This document shows, in pieces, positions 1 through 9,399 of a stretch of 64,000 nucleotides of DNA; the stretch's first letter is position 1, and each line of letters starts with the position of its first letter. The translations under genes and the position numbers were made by a program. The stretch is from Geosiphon pyriformis uo1 (lineage: Eukaryota > Fungi > Glomeromycota), in contig JAAOMT010000512.1 of assembly GCA_016748015.1 (NCBI GenBank), positions 592,719 through 656,718 of the forward strand, read 5' to 3'. The notes under the pieces were generated by a model. It worked only from the letters and a program-made list of their open reading frames with translations, ran no database searches and was not told the origin of the DNA.

Positions 1-645
1 ATTAAAAAATGGTCATAATGTGATCCAAAGTATTGAGTGAGGCAACTCTTTTAATGTAACTTTAACATTTATAAGTGTAACTCGATCAAGTAACAGTTAG
101 GCTACACCAACAATCTAAAGCTCACAAGTTCAAGTTTATAACTCGAAATTTACTTCCTCCTTGAGTTACCAATTCAGTATTGACCCACCCTATTTAGGGA
201 CAAGAAAACCTTTAGATTGGCCGGACCTGAAGGAAAGGCCAAAGAAATATACCCCCAAAACATGGCTGAAACGCCAGACCTATCCGCATCGTTGTGGCGG
301 CTGACACGCATTGATTTGTACATAATCAAAGTGAAAAAATGCAGCAAAAAAGTTTTCAAAGCATCTCTTCTCCCGTTACAGATTAAATTCAAAAAGGGAC
401 CTTGAGCGACATAGCAATTTGGCCGTGCATAATAAAATCTTCGTTTGAGCGATAGCAAATTCAAAATAAAAAGGTTAAAACTAGAAGCTGTATATTTTCA
501 ATAAAGCTGTTTGTCCAAAAGATATTTTCATTTTAGGCAAAAATTGAATCGTGGCTAATAGTGACTAGCTGACAACCTTTATGACAAACAAGATTATTTT
601 TCTGCTTCACAATGCCTATCAATAAAATGCTTATCAGATTTAAAA

Positions 646-869
646 TCGCGAAAATAAATACCCTGTTTTCCTGCAAAGCAAAAGAGGATCTTGAACAATA
701 AAAACAACTTTTCGCGACATATGAACTCAAAAATATCGGCTCCAGTGTCAACTTCAAGCCCCAAGGGCTTAAGGCCCTACTGGAACGATCAAGCCACGGT
801 GCTGTCTCGGAGGTTGCCATTAACCACTGTGATTGACTCCGCTTGTTTGCCTATAACCTCCAATATATC
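646..869 (+). pseudogene. tnpA: IS607-family serine recombinase (TnpA) fragment
   Basis: Manual translation of the frame starting at 663: KEDLEQ*KQLFATYELKNIGSSVNFKPQGLKALLERSSHGAVSEVAINHCD*LRLFAYNLQYI. This matches IS607 TnpA motifs KQKEDLERQ...DIGSGxNFKRxGLxxLL...EVVVxHRDRLxRF. A decayed YARVSSAKQ lies at 655-683. Stops at 699 and 834 are explained by C>T changes. Confidence 0.85.
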
Positions 870-974
870 TATCCCAACCACCTTCAGAAGCAGCTATTGA
901 AGTGATGGATGGGCTTGGCGAGATTTGCCTTTAATACTGTGGTGGGATGGAGCAAAAGACGTCGGTCATTATAA
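867..974 (+). pseudogene. tnpB: TnpB/Fanzor2-like nuclease, N-terminal HTH_OrfB_IS605-type fragment
   Basis: Same frame reads IYPNHLQKQLLK*WMGLARFAFNTVVGWSKRRRSL*, matching the TnpB/Fanzor start motif (R/K)IYPxxxQKxxLxxWxGxARxxYN. No RuvC motifs seen downstream. Confidence 0.75.
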
Positions 975-1390
975 AACAAGACGGTATCACGGAACAAGGA
1001 TGGTTAAAACTCATGACGTTTCAACAAAGACCTTTTTTCAATCTCGTAAGTAACCATGGAATCGCTTCTATGTATCTTATCTTCACCTCATAATTGTTTT
1101 ATATCGTTTTTTTTTTTAAGGATAAACATGTACTATGGCCTCTCCACTTCAAAAAAAAAACCGGAAAAATAACAAGTGGCTCAATTTACACAAGCTCACT
1201 TACCATCACAAACCTAATGAATGGTGGTTTAAAAACTTTTTGGTTTTAAAAAAAGTTAAAAATAGAATTGTGTTAATTTTTTAAATAATAAAAACCATAT
1301 TTAATTAAGGATGAATCTAAATGGAACACCCTGTTTCAGGAACTATCTCGGAAAATTAGTTCGGCTAGGGCCGGAAATTGCAGAATTTTA

Positions 1391-1491
1391 TTTGATTGGT
1401 TATTAAAAAACGTGATACATAATAATTTTGATTGGGCTAAAAAGTAATAATCATGTGTTTAATGTAATTAAAGTTGGAAAATCTATAAATA
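1391..1491 (+). promoter_or_regulatory. Possible promoter: two reverse CCAAT boxes and a TATA box
   Basis: TTTGATTGG at ~1391 and ~1427, TATAAATA at ~1484, in CpG-retaining DNA just before the TE pile. No downstream gene is visible. Confidence 0.25.
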
Positions 1492-1549
1492 AAAAACACA
1501 CAAATACTTATTATTTTGACAAGTTGTGCTATTATGCTCTGGTTTATTT

Positions 1550-2203
1550 ACTATAGATATATGTATATTATTATTTATATAAAAAACAAATAATAATAAT
1601 AAAACAAATAACTAATAACAAAATAAAAAATTATTAAAATATATAATATTAAAAATTTTAAAAATACCAGTAAAAATTTTAGAAATTCCAAAAATACCAG
1701 AAATTCCAATAATAACTCAAAAAATTGTAAGAATTTGTATTATAAAAATTTATATATATATAATAAAAGTATTAAAAACTAAAAAAACATATTATTTTAA
1801 AACCAAACAAGTTTACTTCAAGACTAATTTAGTTTTTTATTATTACTTTAATTAAATCATTATCTATTTAATAAAAAATATTAATTAATTATATTTAAAA
1901 ACACTTAATAAATTTAAACTTAACTTGTTAACAAATCTTAAATTTACTTATATTAATATTTTTAATAATAATACTAAAACAATAGCTTTTAATTATAATT
2001 ATTAATAAAATATTAATTTCTTTTTATTATTATTTTTTTTGTTTGTTTTTTTTTATTTTACTAATTAATTATAGAAAAAATATTATAATTATAATATTAA
2101 AAGTTGTTTAATAAAAAATGCCAAAAAAATATATAAATATAATTATAAAAACTAAAATTACTTATTAAAAAGGTGTAAATATTAGAATAAACTATTATTA
2201 TAT
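1550..2203 (+). mobile_element. Extremely decayed A-family-like LTR relic (basal layer; left boundary approximate)
   Basis: Residual GAAATTCC-type repeats (1680-1710). 2110-2193 resembles the R/U5 part of LTR 36181-37059 (..TTA(C/T)(C/T)AAAAG..AGAATAAACT). Interrupted at 2204 by a D-family LTR. Confidence 0.45.
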
Positions 2204-2883
2204 TATTATAAATTAAAGTAATAAGCTAATAAATAATAAGATAAAACAGAATTATATATTAATAAAAATAATTAATAAGAAATTTAACTTCAAAAAGTGA
2301 ATTAAATTAATATAAATTCAATAAATAAAATCAATTTCATAAATATTTCAGTTATTATTTTTTTCAAAAAATAATAAGAAAATTTAAAAGTAGAAAAATA
2401 GTTTATATTATTAACAAAAAATAACATACTAGTATAATTTTATATTTTATATTAATGTTTTTAAAATTTAATATTAAATATTAATTATACTTTTTAATAA
2501 TATTTATTTAATAATCTTTAAAGTTAACAATTACAGATAAATATTAATAAATAATTTTTTATTACAAAAATGTTCAGATATTTAAAGAAATTTAAGAAAT
2601 TAAAATAAGTAAATTAAAAAAAATTGAATATTTAAATAATTTTTATTTCTTTGATTTATATATATTTTATATGTTAGAATATGCTTTTTTAAAGCTAAAA
2701 AATACATTATTTATATAATTATTCAAAGTAAATAATGGCCAAATTAATAATTAAATCAATAATTAGATTATTAATCAGATTAATAATTAAGTTATTAATT
2801 TTTTTCTAAAAATAAGATGATTAACTATATAATATAGTAATTAATACATATAATAATTAATAAAAACTATGATTTTTAATCAA

Positions 2884-3761
2884 TGTTACAGGTGATTATT
2901 TCTGTTGTGGAATTGAATAACAAATCCATAACTTGGTGCTCAGAGCTAATTGCAGTTGATAGTGATCTGAAGGTTTTGGTTGATCTGAAGGTTTTGTTGT
3001 GGAGTTCTTTGTATAATGAACAGAGATTCAGTGGTGATAGTAGTAGTTTTCCTGGAGTCACAATTATGCCCAATTTTTTTTTCAGCTTGGCAGCTAGATT
3101 TATTCTGGCAGTCGTGCCTTTCTGGTAAGCTATCCGATAATATATAAAATTCTACTCTTATTTCTGAGTCTTTTACCAGGCTATCCTTGACATCAATAAC
3201 TCAGCACTTAATCTTTAATCAATTAGTATACAACAACAAAATCAAAGAAAGAAAAAAAATAAAATAAAGAAAATGAAAATAAAGAAAATAGAGAAAATAA
3301 GCCAAGGCAATTTGGTCCGTGAGTATCTCATCAATAGCTGTGATCAAGAGCTATTGTTTCAGCATGGTTAAGTAGCAATTACTATCAACATGAAGGGTTG
3401 ATAGTGGGGAAGTGAATGGAGATATGAAATAATTATTTATTTGATGAATGTGTTTCTAGGCTAAAGATTCTGTGGTATCAATTCTGTCTTTTCTGTTTTT
3501 ACCATTACTGCTATATATACATAATTGGAATTCCTTAATTCCTCGATTCTTCACGACAGGAATCCTGGAATTCCTGGAATCCTGCAATTCCTTTGAGAGG
3601 AATCCTGGAATTCTGGAATCCTGCAATTCCTCATTGGGAATCCTAAAATTCCTGAAATCTTGCAATTCCTGAGAGAAATCCTGGAATTCCATATTTATTA
3701 TGCTTATTTCTGATTGGCTAATAATTATGCTAATATATTTCCTATATTTTTATGAGTAACA
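2884..3761 (-). repeat. 3' LTR of element A
   Basis: Direct repeat of 12174-13051, TG...CA ends, adjacent to a purine tract on the minus strand (3762-3777). Confidence 0.95.
3527..3692. repeat. U3 array of ~8-9-bp GGAATTCC/GGAATCC(T) units in LTR A (also ~12817-12980 and decayed at ~15230-15400)
   Basis: Visible tandem degenerate palindromic units. Confidence 0.85.
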
Positions 3762-3777
3762 TTATTCTCTCTTTTTT
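3762..3777 (-). other. Polypurine tract of element A
   Basis: Minus strand AAAAAAGAGAGAATAA directly before the TG of the 3' LTR. Confidence 0.8.
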
Positions 3778-3781
3778 AATA

Positions 3782-4435
3782 TTAAGCTCCATCAAAATCT
3801 AACTCATGTAATTCCTCCTCCTGAAGTATTTTCTGGATTTTATTTTTGAGAATTACTTGTGTTATTTGGGTTTGTAATTCTTCAAATTGAGCATTGGTAA
3901 TTTTTCCCAATTGATTACTAGTCACCATATCCATTGTTCTGTTGAGCAATATTTCTGGTTTATCCTGAAATGCTGTGTGTATTCGGTATATGGCTCAGGC
4001 TTGTGTGGATAAGTTGTTCTTTCCTACAAAATATTCTAATTGTTGTAGTATTTTTTTGTCGAATAATCGCTTTGTTTTATCTGTATATAGATTCTGAATA
4101 TTTACGTATTGTTCTAAGTAAAAATAACAATAGTTTTATGGAAATTGTTGTATTCACCAATTCCAAGTTTCTTTAGTCAACTCTTGGTATAGTGACTCTT
4201 TTGTCGATTCTTTTATTGCTAATTTTACTTTTGCCATGATTTTGTCTACAGTATTTTCAGTTTTCTTCTGTGTTCTGAGTTGAAATGTCTTTCTAGTATC
4301 TTGATATCTGATGATTTGTTAATTAATTGTAATCTCCATTTCCTGGTGTTGGATTAATTGAAAGAGTTGTTGTGCTAGTGAGTGAATGTTGTCTGTAATT
4401 TCCATTTTTCTGATATTTCCTGTCGTGTCTACCAT
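3782..4435 (-). pseudogene. Extra ORF3 of element A (217 codons, internal stops), unknown function
   Basis: ATG at 4435 is in frame with TAA at 3782. C-terminal part NNLSTQA*AIYRIHTAFQDKPEILLNRTMDMVTSNQLGKITNAQFEELQ...DFDGA* is homologous to ORF3 of C, E, F and G. Confidence 0.7.
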
Positions 4436-4504
4436 GTCTTTATATATTCTTTTGATGGATCAATTTAACGTGTTGTTGTCGATAATAATGATTGGTTCCA
4501 GATC

Positions 4505-5842
4505 TCATGGAATCTCATCTGGTTGGATCAGTATTCTCTGTACTTCTAATTGTGGAATATTACTGATAGATGGTAGTGTAATGTTGTGATATGGTTTTAG
4601 TTGATCTCCATGTGCTGCTTTGGTTAAAATTTTGTTATCCAATCTTAATTTGTAAGCTCCATTTCCTAGAATTTCTTCTATGTGAAATGGTCCGTCCCAT
4701 TTGGGGTCAAATTTTCCACTCCATTGTTTTTCCACTTTGGTATGATGTAGTAATACTTTGTTTCTGATCTTGAATTCAACTGGTTGGTCTGGTAGTTGAC
4801 TATCGTGTCTTTCTTTCTGTGTTTCTTGTGACTTTTGGATATTATTAGCTGCTCTTTTTTATTTGTTTTCCAATGTTTCTATTTAGTCATATGTTCTTTT
4901 CAGCAATGTTTCTTGAAAATTTTCCTCTGTTATTGGTTCAGCTAGATATGTATTAATTTCTCTTTCTACTGGTAATATCACTATTCTCCTATATACTAAT
5001 TCAAATGATATTGCTTGTGTAGTATCCTGTTTCATTGTCCGATAAGCAAATAGTACTGATGGTATGAACAAATCCCAATTGTTCTGGTTTTCTTGGCTGA
5101 GCTTGGCTATTGCTTTACACAATGTTCTGTTGAATCTTTCTACTAATCTATTGGTTTGTGGATGGTATGATAATGATAATGGTTTCTTGATTCCGAATCT
5201 TTGGCTCAATTCTGTTAATGTTCTGTTCACAAAATGAGTTCCTTGGTCTGATAATAATTTTTTTGGACATCCATGTCGACAAATTAAATCCTGATGAATG
5301 AATTTGGCAATGGATTTTGCATCCGCTCTTTGAATTGTTTTTGTCTCTGGCCATTTAGTGAGATAGTCCATAGCTACTGCTATATATCTGTTTCCTCTGC
5401 TGGTAATTGTTAATGGTCCAACTAAATCAATTCCCATACAGTCAAATAATTGTCTCACTTTGATTGGTCTTAATGGTTCACTGGGTCTTATTCCTTTTCT
5501 TCGCTGACAAGCATCACAATTTTGAACATATTGAATGATGTCTGGGTACATTGATGGCCAATAGTATCTTTTTCTAGTTTTTTCTATAGTTGTTTCTTTG
5601 TGAAAATGTCCTGCTGTTGGATTTGAGTACATGTTGAATAATATTGTCTCTTTTTCTGGCTCCATAATTACTCTGGTTGGTTGATCTGGATCTCTTCTAT
5701 TTTTCTGATAAAGTATATTTTGGTGAGTGATAAAATATTTTGATTGTTGTTTGATACTCCTTCGTTCCGTATGAGATAAATTCTCCTTGAACTGTTGAGT
5801 GTTTAGATAATGTTGTAATTGTTGATATTTTTGTATGTTCAT
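4505..5842 (-). pseudogene. Integrase of element A (zinc-binding region, DDE core, GPY/F module)
   Basis: ORFs 4883-5842 and 4505-4735: AGHF..RYYWP..CDACQR, IDLVGP, LSDQGTHF, YHPQTNRLVERFN, KFDPKWDGPF. Confidence 0.95.
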
Positions 5843-5905
5843 TTTTTGTTGTATTTTTCCGTTGGTATTGTTCTGGTTTTATTATATTTTTGGGTTGAAA
5901 TGTTC

Positions 5906-7210
5906 TTAGATTTGTCTTATTCGCAATAAACCATCAGCATTTCCGTTGTCTTTTTCCTTTTTGTAATGTATAGTATAATTGTATGGTGTGAATGCCATTT
6001 TCCATCTTGACTGTCTTTCATCTCCAAATTCTTGTTTTTGGAGTGATGTTAATCCCTTGTGATCTGTGTATACTTCAAACTTCTGGCTCAAGTATTTTTT
6101 CCATTTTATGATGACCCAGTATATTGCTAAGTGTTTTTGTTCTGGTGTTCCATAATTCTTTTTGGCTGGTGTTAAACCTCTGCTGGCATATGCTACTGGA
6201 TGTTCTCTGCCGTCCAGTCTTTTCTAAGATAATACTGTTCCCAATGCTTGGCCGGATGCATCGGTGGTAATGATGAATGGTTTGCTGTAATCTGAATAGA
6301 TTAGTACTGGAGCTTAAATGAGCTTTTTCCTCAGAATATCAAAAGCTTCTTGTTGACTTTCTGTCCATTCATATTTCACATTTTTGTTTTGCAGTTGATT
6401 GAGTGGCTGCGCTATCTTGGAAAAGTTTTTAATAAAATGACGATAGTAACTGGTAAATCCCAAGAATGATTTCAGTTCTGTTATATTGGTCAGCACTGGA
6501 AAGTTTTTTACTATCTCTATTTTCTCTGGATCCATTTTGATGCCGTCTTTGCTAACTATGTGTCCCAAAAATTTGAGTTCTGTCTTGCCAAAGAAGCACT
6601 TTGTCACATTTAACTTTAGTCCTGCTCTTCTTAGTCTTTCGAACACTTGTTGAAGATGTTGAAGATGATCATCAAACATCTTTGAGAATACATTAGTGTT
6701 GTCCAAGTATACAACTACTGATTTCCACAATAAGCCAGTATAAACAATTTCCATTAGCTATTGGAAAGTTGCTGGGGCGTTAGTTAAGCCGAATGGCATT
6801 ACTTTAAATTCGAAATTCTTTTCTCTAGTAGTAAATGCTGTCTTCTCTTTGTTAGCTGAATTCATGGCTACTTGCCAGTAACTACTGTCCAAATCTAATG
6901 TGGAGAACCATTTGTTCCCACCAAAAGCATCAAATAATTCCTGTATTTGTGGAGTTGGATAACTGTCTCCACAAGTTACACCATTGAGTTTCTTGTAGTC
7001 TACACAAAACCGGATTTTTCCATTTTTCTTTCAGACAAGTACCACTGGTGATGACTATGGACTCATTGATAGTTGAATTAGCCCATTGTCAAGCATTGTG
7101 TTTATTTTTTGACGAATAATCTTGTGGCTAGCTGGTGGTACTCTGTATGCTCTTTGTTTGATTGGCATTGCATCTCCAGTCTTAATCTGATGCTGGATGA
7201 TGTCAGTTCA
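5906..7210 (-). pseudogene. Reverse transcriptase and RNase H of element A
   Basis: MPFGLTNAPATFQ, VVVYLDN (YLDD with G>A), KFLGHIVS, TTDASG, YTDH, NADGL. Confidence 0.95.
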
Positions 7211-7345
7211 GCCAAACTCATTTTTGCTGGCAAAGATGTCATTAAAATTGTTAAGTAACATCTTGAGCTGCATATATTGGAGTGGATCTAAGTTTCCCAT
7301 GTTCATTTGTTCCAATTGTTCTGGTTGGAACAAATAACATTCGTC

Positions 7346-8389
7346 TCATCCATAGATTGTTTGTGATGTGATGTCAACATATCCACAAAGTTGTGGAAAG
7401 TCTGAAATGGGGTTTGGTGGTTGATCTTCTATTTCTGTGGTTAGATATCCGATGGTGGTTCCTTTTGGTATGTTGATAACATTGCCAGTGTTGTTGTAGA
7501 TGGGAATTTTTATGCTGCTATAGCTTTTGGCTGGTATATGGAGATTGATCAACCCAATCTCTCCTGATTCACAAAAGATTGCTTCCGCTTCAAAAATCTG
7601 TTCTTGCTCTTTTTCTTTCCTTTCTATTGCTAACATGTACTGGCTATATGGTGGAATAGAAATAGCTTGACCAGTTGAGATAATTTCTCCTTGGCCAACA
7701 ATTTTTTCCTCTGCCATGTTAACTGGTACATTTATTCTACCTGTGGATCCAAATCCCTGTATTCCTCTCGCCATTATTCTTAATTCCTCCTTCTTTTCTA
7801 CTGATACTAACTGAGCTATTCTAACCAGAGGCAAGAATATTGCCTGTGCTATCTTTTCATTGGGCTCTATTACATAGGCTTTTTCTGAGTTATTTTGTAG
7901 CATAGTGATGATATTTTCTACATATTCCGCGTCAATTATTCCTCCTTTTATATTAATTCCTCTTTTCGCTAAACTATTCCTAAATACTAATTGAACCATT
8001 GTTGTTGTCGGAATTTCTAGTGCTATTTTCAGATCAATGCAGATGTGTGAATGTGGTTCCAATTTGATGGCATCTTTTCCTGGATATCTTAGATCAAACC
8101 CTGCATCAGTATCATGCACACATTCTGGCATAATATCTTCCCTATTGTCACTATACCATTTCAACTCTTGTTTCTTGAAGAGATCTGGTAATGCAATGTA
8201 TTGTTTATAGTTTAACTCGGAGTTTGTATTTGAGTTGGAATCACTGTCATTGTTATTGCCATTTTGAACGGAGCTTGAACCGTTGTTGTCTTCGTCATTG
8301 TTAGAGTTTGAATCTTGATTGATTGGCAATTTTGATTCTGACGCGCAACTGCTGATTGGTTTTTCCTCTTCCGGGATCATGTAGATCAT
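7346..8389 (-). pseudogene. dUTPase-containing pol segment of element A
   Basis: Trimeric dUTPase motifs DAGFDL, RNSLA (RSS), GGIIDAEY, EKIAQAIF, RGIQGFGSTG, lying between PR and RT. Confidence 0.92.
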
Positions 8390-9399
8390 GCATGGTAGTG
8401 GATTGTAAATGAGGTCACACTCCTCGCAATACTGGAAATCACAAAGAATTAGACAGTATTGACATAGTCAAGCGTTTAACTGCTCTAACCATTGTTCTTG
8501 TTCTTCCCTTATAGGTGCTAATTCTTAGTAGTATTTGTGGAATTGTTTCAGATCCAGGAGGTTTATGATAGGTTCTGCATCCCAGTCAAGCTCTAAAAGT
8601 TCTGGGGGGTTGTCTTTAATTGTTTTTATCTCTTCTGGCATCGCTCCTTCAATTTTTGCAAGTGCCATTCGCCAAATTTTGTCATTGTTATGTGGACAAC
8701 TGTCTAATCATTGTACTGTTCTTTGCCAAGTGGCTTCGATTGGTGTCCCCTTTTTAACCCAGTCACTTATCAGAATCATGTATTAACACTCTACGTTGCA
8801 TGTTCCTCCCCGTCCGGGAATGTCATGCCACATTCCTTCATCCAAGAGAGTTTCTCTACAAGCTAAGCATGACTGATTGTCCTATTTCCCTACTCATTTT
8901 GGTCTTTCAAAGTGTTCAAGGACGCATGGGTGGCAATAGAATCTAGTTGCCATTGAATATTCCTCATTGTCCCCACAGCATGTGCCTATTGACGACAATT
9001 TCTTGCCGCAATTGACGCATATAAGCTTAGATCAATGATAGGTAGATCATTGTGATATAGTGTAGGTGTTATAAACAGTTGTGGTTTGGGTGGTCTCTTT
9101 TTCTTTCCCTTTTTCTTTATTTTCTTTGTCCTCTTCCCATTCCCAGCTTGAAGTCAGTTTGCTTTCGTCGTTGTTAGTCTATGTCAGATCATCAGTCTCC
9201 CAGGTAAGTTCTTCCTTTTGTTTCCCTTTTCCCTTGTTGTTGTCATTCTAGGAGAGTATTGGCGGCAATTTGTTGTGCTTTTCATTAGCCCATGACACTT
9301 GGTAGGCTTCGGTTTCTTCTCATTGAAGTCGATTAGTGGTGCTGTGGTGCTAGTAGCCTTGAAGTGGCCACATGTTACTGGTACTCATGTGTGTCTTCC

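Noticed and set aside
174-464. ORFs 174-464 and 217-405 as host genes
   Set aside because: Non-ATG starts, short, no motif recognised; exons cannot be excluded.
975-1330. omegaRNA or RuvC remainder of the TnpB/Fanzor element
   Set aside because: No RuvC or zinc-finger motifs and no convincing structure or element end recognisable by eye.
1321-1335. GGAACACCCTG as a Tc1/mariner terminal repeat
   Set aside because: Not followed by TA, and no partner repeat or transposase is visible.
2876-3128. ORFs at the LTR ends (also 12119-12418 and 12157-12363)
   Set aside because: Duplicated only because they lie in LTRs; no recognisable motifs.
3456-3692. Short ORFs 3456-3692, 3472-3672 and 12762-12962 as genes
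   Set aside because: They are translations of the LTR U3 repeat array.
4505-4735. Chromodomain at the integrase C-terminus
   Set aside because: Only the GPY/F module and a short tail are present; no chromodomain aromatic-cage pattern.
6314-6754. YLDN as a genuine RT active-site variant
   Set aside because: GAC>AAC fits the G>A decay, and element F retains YLDD.
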